A stretch of 63,257 bases of DNA, counting the filler, from Atractiella rhizophila (Eukaryota), in the NCBI GenBank assembly GCA_021432655.1. It is 9 parts of 7 records of this genome, joined end to end, with 100 filler letters (N's around TTAATTAATTAA, not from the genome) between each part and the next. Parts side by side here need not be neighbours in the genome. Positions count along the whole stretch, not along the records: positions 48,265 to 53,419 come from MU272033.1; positions 53,520 to 57,934 come from MU272033.1; positions 58,035 to 60,232 come from MU272037.1; positions 60,333 to 63,257 come from MU272037.1; 5 more parts are not named here. One strand, 5' to 3'. The first letter of the stretch is position 1; each line of letters opens with the position of its first letter. Positions 48,265 to 60,395 of the stretch are shown in pieces. The translations under genes were made by a program, and so were the position numbers. The notes beneath the pieces are model-generated. The model had not been told where the DNA came from. It did not search any database and saw only the letters and a program-made list of their open reading frames with translations.

Positions 48265-49278
48265 CTCCGCTGGGTGAAGGTTTATATCCCATCACCGTGT
48301 GCCAAGCACTCTTCATCGCACCCTGCAGTCATACAACACATTTCAAGGTCCCTTTCTCTCCTTTGCAATTAGAATATGGATTGAGTTAGGAAATAGTGTA
48401 TACGGCCAATGATCAACCTCCATTATCCAGGCTTCAACTGCCCCCTCTGTCGGACTTTTGCCAACCTGGACGCGGACGTAGAGATCGACCCAGAACCGGT
48501 AGAGGAAGAGCACTCAACAGATGACGACGATAAAGCCGGTCCACTCACCTCAGTACCTCCAGATGGCGGGATGTCGCCCAGCTTCGACCCTGAAGCAGGC
48601 ACCGGAACCCTTGTGGCGACATCCAACCCGCTCCCTCGCCACCCCATCCCTCCTATGCCCACCATCGATCCCGTCAACGAAGAAGCATTCCATCAAGAAG
48701 TCGATAATAGACGGTCCTCTATCATTATCTCTGGCGCGAATGGAAACTCTGTGCCTTTCGCCATAACGGGTAGAAATCGGGGATCGAGGCCTGGGAGCAT
48801 CAGGAATGAAGGAGCTTCACGGCCCGGAAGTGTGAGGAATGGGACGTCAGGAGGCTTGAGTGTCGCTCCCATTTTCCCCGTCACTTTCGACAATGGCTCT
48901 CCTACATCCCCGATCCCGCCCACTGGCGTGAATGGAAATCAACGTGTTCCGTCGAACTCGAATTTGTCTACGCACGTCTTTACTAATAATGATGACGACG
49001 ACGAAGATGGAGATGACTATGTACCTGGTGCAGGACTCGGAATTCGGGTTGGAGGAGGAGCGGTGGAAGAGGGAAACACTCTCGTTCCAGAGCTCTTACA
49101 GAGGATGAGGGACCAGTTGGGGATCGATGATACTATGGAAGCTGGAACACCGCCGGATCACCAAACTATCTATACTGGTGGAGGGGAGAGTTCGCGGGGA
49201 AGGAGCGCGGCGTTGGCGGAGGAGAATAAGAGAGAAGCTACCCCTGGAAGGAGTGGAGGAGAAAGAGATGTCTTCTAA
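48265..49278 (+). CDS. DMA1: C-terminal part of a Dma1/Chf-type RING-H2 E3 ligase (FHA domain expected upstream, off-contig)
   Basis: VCQALFIAPCSHTTHFK/CIRPMINLHYPGFNCPLCRTFANLDADVE. Confidence 0.8.
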
Positions 49279-51312
49279 GTACAGCGCTGACATAGTTGGG
49301 TAAGTCTCTGTCCCTCTCGTTGTCACACTCGAGATTAAAAGATTGATGATAGTAAAGCATGTTTCGTCCGTATCCCGGGATGTTCAACGATCTAAGTTAC
49401 GTCTTGAGCTTCAGTTTGTTCTTAGAGGAGCTTTAATAACACCATAATTCTCTCCTTCATCTTCAATTTATTGAAACAGTGACTAAGGCTGGTGTTGATT
49501 TTCAATCGTCTGGTATATCCAGTGCCTCCCATTCCCTTCAAATTTCGTTCGTTGGACTTGACTGCGAGCTTCCATGTCTCCCTTGTTTGATTGATTGAAG
49601 GGGTCTGTTCTGTTGCCCCTACTCGACATCATGTTCTGTGACGCCCGACCATTTTGTGCTCCTCGAATATGCATAGATGTTCTTCGACACATTACCCAGC
49701 CGTGCCGTTGCTTCGTCTTGGCAGGATACTTCCTTCACTAAGAAATGTCCCACCGGTGGAACAGGACAAGTCTTTTTCGATGCTCCACAAAAGTAGAAGC
49801 AGTCGCAAACAGTGATCTGGGAGAAGCAAAGGGAACGGAAAAAGAACAGCAGCAGATGAAATCGAAATTGAAATAATCGTACGTTGACAGAACGAATATG
49901 ATAAGTAAACGAAACAAGCAATGGTTACACGTCAGAGTATTGAGGACTGCAAATCGGGCAGCGCGATACGAAGGGGAGCCGCGATCGTTGGAGGTCGAAC
50001 GCTCATCGAGCGCTCATCATTGACCGTCGGAGAGTCCAAGTCTCCTGAAAAGATGTTTATTCTTGCCGGCCTCGAGGCTATACTGCGCTGCTTTCCCTGT
50101 CAGCTAAACGAAAAGGACTGAGATTGAGGGTCGTACCAGCCATGTAAACGTCAGTTTCGACGCAGCCGTACACGTAGCCTTCGGTATGGCTCTCCCAAGT
50201 CACTACAGAATCTGTAAGCCCGTGACCATACGGTCACTTTCCACATACCTTGCTTAGCGAGGCGGTTTTTCCGTTGGCTTAGCTTCCGGCGACCTAGTGA
50301 GCTAAGTGGTTGCCGCGCGACCAGTGGAAGTGATTTACCTCTAAACCGNNNNNNNNNNNNNNNNNNNNNNNNNNNNNNNNNNNNNNNNNNNNNNNNNNNN
50401 NNNNNNNNNNNNNNNNNNNNNNNNNNNNNNNNNNNNNNNNNNNNNNNNNNNNNNNNNNNNNNNNNNNNNNNNNNNNNNNNNNNNNNNNNNNNNNNNNNNN
50501 NNNNNNNNNNNNNNNNNNNNNNNNNNNNNNNNNNNNNNNNNNNNNNNNNNNNNNNNNGGAACCCTCACCTTCTCCAGATCTGAACTTCGTGAGCAATATG
50601 ACGTCTCCGTTGTCGCTTTTCTCTGTCCATACCTTCTCAGGAGTAACTTGATTACGGTGGTATATAGCTTTCTCCCGCCCTAATTTTCGCATCAGAGGGC
50701 GCTTCCTCTCCTTCTTCCTTTGGTGTGCTTTTAAGGCACCCTCCTTATCATCTCGCTCGTCGCCTGCCAAAATCCACTCAAGAAAACGAAGGTGTTCCAG
50801 CAGGCAAGGGCAAGGCATAGCTAAGGATCCCGTTCGTCGTTGAGTAAAGAAAGGGCTGAGAGTGTCTGATTACTGATGTGCGCCAGACGAAAGTGGTTGA
50901 GCATGAATAACAGGTTGAAAATCGGCGTTGCAATATCCATAAAGTTTGATACCGTTTTGTTTCCCGTTCCCACGCCAGCTAGCTACGAGAAAGGAGGCGG
51001 GAAGTGTATGGGAGAACCTATAAGAGGCAGGGCTGGACTTCGGAGCCTTCAAGTCCCCAGAGCTTCTGCTTGCGCCGGTCCACAGTTTCCTTCAGCAGCA
51101 TCTTCAAGCAACTCTAAAGGTCTTCGTCCCTTCACAAACACATCCTCCATCTTGTAAGCTCCTCTTCCTGCCCCTCGAATCGAAGTGAACTGATCCAGGA
51201 AGAAACTAAGTCAAGTTGACCTACCAAGCGACACCGTTCCAATATTTGCCATTACTCGCAAAAGGGTGCGGTCGTCCCCTCTATCCCCAGCACCAACCGC
51301 CACGAGTAACAC

Positions 51313-51720
51313 ATGGATGGCGCTGGATACTCAACGGAGAGAGAAAGCAGCCAGGACCCGAGTCCTCTCACCCCTCCAAGTTCCTTAACTGTCGGAGGAG
51401 ACAACGTCGAGATTCAAGCGGACGGTTATCACCCAATTCCTTTTTGCAATTCGCTTGCCCAGCCCTTAACACCGTCTTCTTCATACCCCTGCACCTCCAA
51501 CGAATGTGCAGCGGCTCGACGCGCGATCAATGAAGCCCTCAAGCAAAGGGTTCAGACACTTGAACAGCAACTTGCCGATATCAACAGAGAAAACCAATAT
51601 CTGCTGGAGGAAACCGATGTCCCTTCTTTGCGAGAGGCCATCGAGGCCTGCGTGCGCAAAAGACAAAAGAATCGTTCCAACAAGTGGTGGAGGATGTTGA
51701 AAATAACGGTGAAGAAGTGA
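51313..51720 (+). CDS. Hypothetical coiled-coil ORF in an otherwise degenerate region
   Basis: 135 aa with heptad-like NEALKQRVQTLEQQLADINREN; nothing recognised. Confidence 0.3.
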   Translation: MDGAGYSTERESSQDPSPLTPPSSLTVGGDNVEIQADGYHPIPFCNSLAQPLTPSSSYPCTSNECAAARRAINEALKQRVQTLEQQLADINRENQYLLEETDVPSLREAIEACVRKRQKNRSNKWWRMLKITVKK

Positions 51721-54255
51721 TTTTGCATCGAGACGGATCTTAACCCCCTTTCTCCTACACCAAAGCTTTGCTCAGACAATATGCAGCTCGACGAAGCGAC
51801 CTTAGCCAATAGTCGATGGACATTCATATACAGCAGTAAAATTGATGTTTCCTTGAACCTATCGCGCCTGAGCTCTCCGTCACTCCGCTCTGGTAAGGTC
51901 GCCAAAGCGTTCGACCTCAAGCTCAACATGATGTCCACGGGAAGAGCCTAGCGAGATCTCTTTCACAGTTGAACTCTCGATAACTTAGAGGCGAATGATG
52001 TTTTGTCGTTTCTGATAGCCATGTTATAGGAGCTCTCTCGGTCTACTCTCAAGTGACAAAATCGCCAACGAGCTAAACTGATTTGAATCACGATGGAGAA
52101 AAAGCGACTTCTTTACAAAGAGGCTCCGACAAATTGTGGCATAATGGCTGCTCCAGATCGCTCCAGAACAAGTGATCTGAGTAATTTTGCTGTCTACTAT
52201 TGACAACGTTCAAATATACAACTTTTGGTGACATGTCGCAAGAAAAGAGTAGCTGCAGTTCTCCATCGTCGACCGATCCGCAGGCAGCATAGCATCAAGA
52301 CCTTCAAAGAGGTTGGTGCAAACATTCCTCCTCCGGCTTTTCACAGCTGCAACAACATCCCTTCTTGCGCAAACTTTCATAATTTAGGACAGGAATTCTG
52401 GGGAAATTGAACACACGGCTCCACACTGACAGGTCAAACTCGCCATCCAAGCCATATTAAACAATCACCATCTCCTTCCTCGGCGCCTTATCCATCTTTT
52501 CGAACCTCCTCGCCAGTTATCTCGTATCAACTCGCACTCTAAAAGAGTTCCATGTCCGAACAGGTCGGCCTGTAGTCATCCTCTAGTTTGTTCTTCTCAC
52601 TCTCTCGACATTGTCGAATTCGTTTATGTCAGTGCGTGTTTGTTGGGAACAATTAGGGAAGTCTTTCTGCTTCTTGCTCAAGGAATTATCGATCCAAACC
52701 ACCAAACATTTCGTGGAGTTGTTCCATGTTTGTCGAAAATCGGCTACGAGAACGCGGGTGTATTGTTTGGATCGCGTCGGCTAGCTCGCCAGCCGCCAGG
52801 AAGAGGCGTAGGCGTGCAACCTCATTGAACAATATCAGATAATATTGTAGGGCCAATCAAGCACGAGTTTTGCGGACGTTGATTGAACGTGAAAGCAAAG
52901 GCGAAATGTTTGCGTCTAAACGCTTCAATTTCTGTCAAATCTAAATTTCCTCAAACTGAAAGCTGAGTTGAAGCTCAGTTACTCAGCGGATAGTATCATG
53001 TTTTATTACCCCGTAGGTTCAAAATTCTCCTCAAATTGTTAAACTGTCGTCAACAGGGCTGAATCGGCAGATCTCCCTTCAGCCTTCGGTTCACCGATAT
53101 CTATGGAGAGGTCAGATAGAACTTTGGCGTCCTGATCAAACACACAACGAGCTCGAAAACGAGCATGGCCTGGTACCGTCCACCCCCCCAGCGCTCAACC
53201 CCTCATTCCTTCCTGCATAGCTCAAGGCAACGCAGTCCTACTTTCCAGGACTTGTCTGAGCACTTGAAGGAGCGCAATTTTCAGATTCGTATTTCAGGCT
53301 GCAGCCGATGAACGAACATGTCGAGAGCTGAATTGGACCTTGCGATTCTTGAGACGGGACGACAGGGCAGGACGTCTCAGGGTCTGGCGTCGTTCGCCTT
53401 GCTTTCCTGTGCAAATCACNNNNNNNNNNNNNNNNNNNNNNNNNNNNNNNNNNNNNNNNNNNNTTAATTAATTAANNNNNNNNNNNNNNNNNNNNNNNNN
53501 NNNNNNNNNNNNNNNNNNNTCTACGTTTTCGGTGAAGTTTGTCAACGCGCCAAAGTGGAGCGTGGATAGATTGACACCTATCCATGTGCCAGAAGCTTGA
53601 ACGTCGATGCCGCTGAGGATGGGACGAGAGGAAGGGGAATCAGATGACGTGGTGGAGAAATTGTGGAGGGACGCGGGAAGCGCTGGACGCGCCAGGAATT
53701 CGTCTCGATTTGCAATCAGGATTCTATTAGAGAATCAGTCGATGTTGACATTCTGATGGAATACATTACACGGAGTATTTGGGGTGAGATGTAGACCAGA
53801 ATATGATGCACATTGCTGCAGATGGGCAATTCAGGATACTTCAGCTTGCGATAGGAATTTGAGATGTCTTGTGTTACAATTGCAATTATAAGGGGTTGAC
53901 ACGCGACAGTCCTTTCATGGACATCCGACTACGAAAAGTAGTAGGTAATGTAGATACCACTGCAGATTGGTTGCTCTGAAGAAAGCCTTCAAGCGAGCTC
54001 GGAACACGTGCTGGAAGCGGACCCTGGTTTGGATCTGGATGGTCGTTCGCGGGCGGACCTTTCTTGGTCTAAACCTTTATATATGTTGGTGAGCTCCACA
54101 GTGAGTCGGCTGCTCGATCGCTGAAGTCAGCATGAGGATGAACAGGAAGTTGCCGGCCATGTGGCTTTGCAAGATGCCCCTGTTTGGAATTTGAAATATG
54201 GGACCTCGGGAGGCGCTAAACTTGGAAATAACCACCAACATTGTCGACAATTTTC

Positions 54256-56645
54256 ATGTCTTCGTCACGGCACGCATCACGTTCTTCCCAGTCGCGGAGC
54301 TCCCATCGTCTCTCGCTCTCGACGGTTCCGCCAACGCCAAAGTCGAGCGTGTCTTTCGCCTCCAGCAGCGGCGACACCGAATACTTCAACCCCCCCGAAT
54401 CACTCGAGCTCGCTCCAACCCCGACTCCTTCCCCTCCAGAATCCAACGAGTCCTCTACGGAGACTGAACGTGAAGATGCCTCTCCTTCACGCAGAACGAA
54501 GCTGTTAACACGGGTGGCTTCGCATTCCGATGATGAGACTGAAGGACCAGAGGAACCGCTGGACGAATTGGATGACCGTGACGAAAGAGATAGGTCTAGG
54601 GACCGGGAGGAGGAAGAGGAGGAGGATGTGGCTTGGTGGTATGATGGCTTAGAAGACGGGAGGCAAGAGGTGTGGAATGAGGAACGGGAGAGAGGAAGGC
54701 GCAGAGTCTATGGAGGTGGAAGGGAGCAAGAGATCTTTGCCGGTGGAGAATTGCATTGGACAGAAGTCGGCTGCGAAATCGTTGCAATATGGTGCGTCTC
54801 TCTTCCTCATCAAGAGAATAGGAATGGAGAAGGAGATGACAGTTTACCACCGGTCGTCTTCTCTCTTCCTTATGCTCTCGACCTCTTGGGAGGTCACGCC
54901 AAATTGTTCATCCCCATCCTCCTCATAGCAGCCTTTGGCAGCTGGTTCACTCTCGTTCTCATATCTATGCAGGTTTGTACCCTACTTCTCTTCACCAAGC
55001 CTCAGTATATTTAGCATTGACGCATAGGTTCGATACACGGGCTCATTGTCTTTTCCCGGCTTAGCCAAGTCCGTGTTCCCGTACGGTTCTTGGCTTGCAA
55101 AGCTAGGCGAGATCGGGGTCGAACTCTGGAGAGGAGGGACGGAATGGGGACGAGCCACAGTGGGATTCATGGGTGCCTCTGATCTGGTTCGATAGCTCTT
55201 TTGCAGATTCGAGACAGTGTTGATCGTATTTGCAGGTCCAACAGCTGATGAAACACTGGTTTCCACACGCCCCAGTACTCCGAACTCGCGTTTTCGTCGT
55301 CGTCTTCCTCTCTCTATGTCTCATCCTCACTCCCCCAATCAAATCTCTCTTTATCCCTCGCCAACCCGTTGTACCACCGCATTCTTCGTCCCGTCATCGT
55401 CATTACAAGCAAACAGCTAAAGCATCCTCCGGCTCACTATTCTCTCTGCAGCGTCTTCCGACACTCTTCGTCCTCACTGTATACTCCGCCGGACTCCTGA
55501 TCTTTGGTTTACGACCTCGCAAGCTTCAAGAACCAAGCATTGACGACCCTTCCCTACCTCTAGAGAAGCCGGATATCCTGCATAACAGTTCATGGGGAGC
55601 GATCTGCCTAGCTCTCGCCACATTCGCACCGCATCCTCACGCATTCTCCTTGCTCCGCTCTCTAAGAAGAACGCCTTCGAATAAGCGTGCGAGCATGGGA
55701 GGAGCAGATGCTTTCTCCAACATCGGCTTTGGGAGGAGGAAGAGGATTTTGAGGAAGTTGAGGAGCGACAGATGGGAGCTCGCATGCTTCTCAGGTCTCG
55801 TGGTTACTTTTGGGCTGGCGACGGGGTGGGCGGTCGTCGGATGGCATGTCGTGGGAGGGAGCGAGGGGATGAGGAGCAATGTGCTTCTCTCACCTGCCAT
55901 TTCTCAGCCGGATGGATGGATGGATGTTTTGAGAGTGGGGATGGTATTGGCAACGCTGTCAAATCTGAGGAGAATCTTACAGCCGACGTCTAGCTTTCTA
56001 GCTAGGGCTGGATGGTGGGCTTTTCAGAGTAGACGGGAGGAGGGGTATGAACCAATCCTTCAACCGCAAGTGAGGAAGAGGAAATCTCAGAAAATGTGGA
56101 AGATGTTGGCGTGGCTTACCAGGGAAGTCCTGGTTTGGGGTTCACTCGCTGCAGTGGCTATTTGCTGGAGTGAGGGGATGGTGAGCTTAGGAGAACTTGT
56201 TGGAGGATTTGGCGTGGCTTTGAACTCGTGGTTGACACCTGGTTCGTCATTTTCAAAGATCCCCTCGTATTTGTGGATGGGAATGATGATCTGCTTTGAC
56301 AGCTTTCTACTTTATAATCCTCTTTCATGTCCGAAAAGCACGATCGATATTTATCTCCCCAACCTCTCCGACCTCGGAACAACATCCATCTTTCGATGGG
56401 GAGCACAGCAGCGACCCCGCTGGAAGTCAAGACTCTCTGCTTATGCATAAGGAACGAGAGCTGCAGCGACGACTGAGTGGGAGAAGAATGGTTTGTCCTT
56501 CCATCCTCCGCACGACGTGCTTGAATTGACATTAATCTCGTGGGTTGGATTGCAGTGGCAGGATTTCGGAGTGTTTGGTGGCATTGCTCCTGGGTCGATT
56601 GTCGTTGTTGCGCAAACGATCGCAAGTTTGGCAACCAAATCGTAG
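54256..56645 (+). CDS. Multi-pass membrane protein, amino-acid-permease-like (divergent), with an acidic N-terminus
   Basis: Spliced hydrophobic segments (FSLPYAL, RYTGSLSFPGLAKSVF, GELVGGFG..LTPAFYFIILFH); stop TAG at 56643-45. Confidence 0.6.
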
Positions 56646-56981
56646 CCCTGCATTCCCTTCAAAAACGCTGAAGCACTTTACATGTGCATCGGGTTGTGTA
56701 TCTCCATTCGTGCATTCTTCTTCTCATTATTGCTTTGATTGCTTGTTCCTATTCTCAGCAGTGCATTATGTGTATAGCCAGTGTAATGTCGCAGGCTCCT
56801 TGTTGCTAAAATGTATGAACCTCTTTATTTTTACAACGAGAGAAAATGATGAAAGGACGGGAAGGCTCAATTTCGGAACCTTGGAGCTGATCTTGTTGCG
56901 AGATCGTGTGCAACATCCAGCTAAAATATCCTTCATCAATCCACCTTCCAGAGGCCTTCCGGTACAGCAACAGCTCCCACG

Positions 56982-57934
56982 ATGGCTACCCTACTACAAC
57001 CCAAACCTCTCTCCAATCTAGCAGCAGTTCCCGATGAAGTCCCACTCCTGCCATCCCCAAGTCCTGCAGCTCAATCTCTTTCGCTCCTGCAGGACCTTAC
57101 TGCTCAACCTAGAGAGCCCTTTTTCTGCTGTATTGATGGAGGAGGCACGAAGACTAATGTGATCATTCTCGACGCGTGAGCTCTTTTCTTCCCGTCAAGA
57201 GCACGGGTTGGAGATTGATGTTTTTTTTGTGATCGACAAGGAATGGCATTATTTTGGGAAGAGGGAAGAGTTTTGGGAGTAATATGACTGAGCGTGGAGC
57301 TCGTCAGGCTGCCATCTCGATCGGACGAGCAGTGAATCTGGCAATGGATATGGCACGCGAGCGATTTCCGTCGTTCAACCTCTTCAGCTCCTATTCTCTC
57401 GATCTTCCGGACCAACCATCTTCCTCCTCACGCTCACCCGCATCTCTCTGTCCTTTCCTTCTTCTCCACGCAGGATTAGCAGGTATCGATGTCCAGAAGG
57501 ATGCTGAAATCATGCATGCTGAATTGAGCTCACTTTTCGGACTCAAGAGCGAAAGTGAGAAGAAGCGGCTCAAGGTTTCGAACGATTGTTACCTCCTCGC
57601 TTCAGGAATTGATGTCTCGCACAAGTGGGGTATTGTCCTCATTGCCGGCACCGGATCAATAGGAATGGCGTTCGCACGGCGTTCGTCTGGCATGAATGGG
57701 CATCATACTGTTGTGGAAGAGGTCATGGACATGGAGAAGGAGATCGACGGCGATATCCTGCAGCTAGGGCGGATGGGAGGTTATGGGTATCTATTAGGGG
57801 ATGAGGGAAGTGCATATTGGGTTGGAGCAGAAGCTGTTAAAGCCGTTTTGGAAATTGGCGATTGGCATACAGGGTCGTATTCACAATCAAAAGCTTTCCA
57901 AGGCACAACTATGCATCTCGAGAATAGTTCACCG
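56982..57934 (+). CDS. BadF/BadG/BcrA/BcrD-family N-acetylhexosamine kinase (NAGK/MurK-like), 3'-truncated
   Basis: IDGGGTKT, AGLAGID, VSNDC, LIAGTGS, GGYGYLLGDEGSAYWVG. Confidence 0.85.
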
Positions 57935-58034
57935 NNNNNNNNNNNNNNNNNNNNNNNNNNNNNNNNNNNNNNNNNNNNTTAATTAATTAANNNNNNNNNN
58001 NNNNNNNNNNNNNNNNNNNNNNNNNNNNNNNNNN

Positions 58035-59932
58035 GGAGCGAATAACTCACAGCATCTATCAAACCTTGGCTGAAGATGAGGAATCGGGCGATTGCGGAGA
58101 GATAATGAAGGTTATGGTCCCAAGCAAGCTCATAGATCATCTTCGCGAGACTGACTGAGAAAATCACGAGGTACTGCCCGTCCCAAGCCATTTTCAATAC
58201 AGATTAAGTCAATAAAAGAGAGAGAGAAGGCAGGGAAGAAATAGCTTACAGCCACAGGGTAAAGAATCATCAATAGCGACACCCTCCGATTAACCTCCAT
58301 TGCGGTCAATCTCTTCTCATGACTTCCTCTCCTCTCCTTCTCCGCTCCGTTCACATTCTCAGGTTGAGCCCTCCCTCCAAAATCGAGCGCGTAGTCCGTA
58401 CGCCTCCTTTGAATTACTGGCTGCTCAACTGTAGAGGCTAAGGACATGGTAGCACCGACGGTGGAAGTCAACGAAAGAGCGGTAAGTGTCGGCCGTTGAG
58501 GAGAGAGGATGGATGAGGATGTCAACCTTGCGATAATGGGAAGCGGAGAAAAGGTACTTTGCGAGACTGCGACGCGTTGGTATGGCGATGGATTCAGGTT
58601 CGATGTGGAAGGAAAAGAAGACCCCTGTCGTTTATTGAGCAGATTATCGCTCCATTCCACCTTCCCAGCCTTCAATTGAAGATCAACAGCGCCATCTACA
58701 AACGTAGCTTGACTGTCCCTGGCATCCCTGACACCAGAAGCATTAGAATCAAGTCTTTCTATGCTTATTTCACCCATTGTGATATCAGGATGAGATGACG
58801 TGTTCGCTAAGGTGTAAGAAGGATCGAAGAGGCAGTTCTTGTTATCGTTCGCACCGCTGGTTGGAGGTGTGCAGCCTTCATTAAGTTTGGCAGCAGCCAC
58901 TGCCGTGTTTCCTTCTTCATTAAAATTATTGGCTCTCCGACGGAAGAAGCAGAAGAGGTAGACATAGATGCTAATGACGAGGAGGAAGATGATTGTCCTG
59001 TTCAACAAAGTTTCAGCATTCTGGTCTGCAATAGATTCTTTCTCGATTTGCTAACCTTGGTACGAATAGTGCCAGCGTACCATACCATCCAGAGTTGACC
59101 CCATAGTTGCAGATCCCGCCTCCCACAGGTGAATATCTGCGTACCGTTCAGCCAACACCGTGATAAGGTCAAAGCAAGAACTGTACCCATACAGTCCCCA
59201 GCCAATACCAGCATAGACGAAGCAAAATACGTAGATAAGTAGCCAAAGGAAGGGCACGTACTTCCTTCCATCGTGCAAGAGCTCGCAGACGATGGAAAAC
59301 GGGTTTGAGAGAAGGTAGTAGGTGCAAATGGCGACACTATTTGGTTCGGAATTCCCAAGTACCTTAGACTGACGATTACCGTGGAGCAGTAAACGTACAG
59401 CAAAGTCCAGAATGCTGACGCGAGAACGAAGACTTGATACGTGTAACCGGAGACGGTACAGGCTGCACCAGCAGGCATGGTCCATCCATTGCGAGCGAGA
59501 GTGGCAACGGTCGGAGCAAAGACTGAGAGTGCCTAACCCAGCAAAACAATGTCAGAAATGAATAATCTTGGGACTGAGGAGAGGATGGAGACGGACATGG
59601 AAGAAATCCGACACTGCGAGTCCGAAGATGATCTGCCGTCGTGAGCGGTGGTGTTTAGCTAGCAGAAACGAGCTGATCATGAATCCAGATCCTGCTAACG
59701 ACTGCATAAAACGCGTAAGCCATCATCAGGTTTCATGATGCAACACGAAGAAGGGGTATGAAAAGGGAAAGATGAGGAAGACAAGACGAACCAGAGCGGA
59801 GAGCACTGCATCGATGCGCACAATTGTGTTCGTCTTGATCCCTCCGTCAATAACATGATCCGAAGAGGTAATCAGGCTGTCCTCAGAATAGTGCAGTGTA
59901 TCTGCATTCTTGGTAACGAATGACAACTCCAT
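58035..59932 (-). CDS. Git3/Gpr1-like seven-transmembrane GPCR (3'-truncated)
   Basis: IIFGLAVSDF, CTVSGYTYQVF, long third intracellular loop, RRVSLLMILYPVAY, FSQGLIDA. Confidence 0.78.
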
Positions 59933-60395
59933 GACGGCATGGAGAAGAGGGATGGCTTGGCGGATACAGGATGGTGGACTCAGAAGAGGTCTCTGCCGAA
60001 CTTGAAGAAAGAGCAGGCAATGGTGTCTCGGACGTAAACAAAGAAGGGATAGCTCCTGATTGTGTCTTGTCGCTCCAGCTCCTCAGTGCTCATATAAAAA
60101 TCTGGAGCCTGAAAGGTGAGTGCCTAGAATAGAGGGATTTCCCAGAAAGAAAGCCTAAACAGGAGTTGTGAAGATAATTTATGTCAGAAGATCACTGTTG
60201 GCCCCTTTTCAGTATCGCCGAACAGATATTTANNNNNNNNNNNNNNNNNNNNNNNNNNNNNNNNNNNNNNNNNNNNTTAATTAATTAANNNNNNNNNNNN
60301 NNNNNNNNNNNNNNNNNNNNNNNNNNNNNNNNTTCGTCGTTTCTGTTTGCAGAACACGGAGCCGATCCACACGCGACTTCCGCGCCAGTACCGCG

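Noticed and set aside
13647..54010. CACGTG boxes upstream of cyclin, QNS1, PEBP, CDC37 and the permease as a shared regulon
   Set aside because: A 6-mer is expected roughly 15 times by chance in 63 kb; enrichment cannot be shown by eye.
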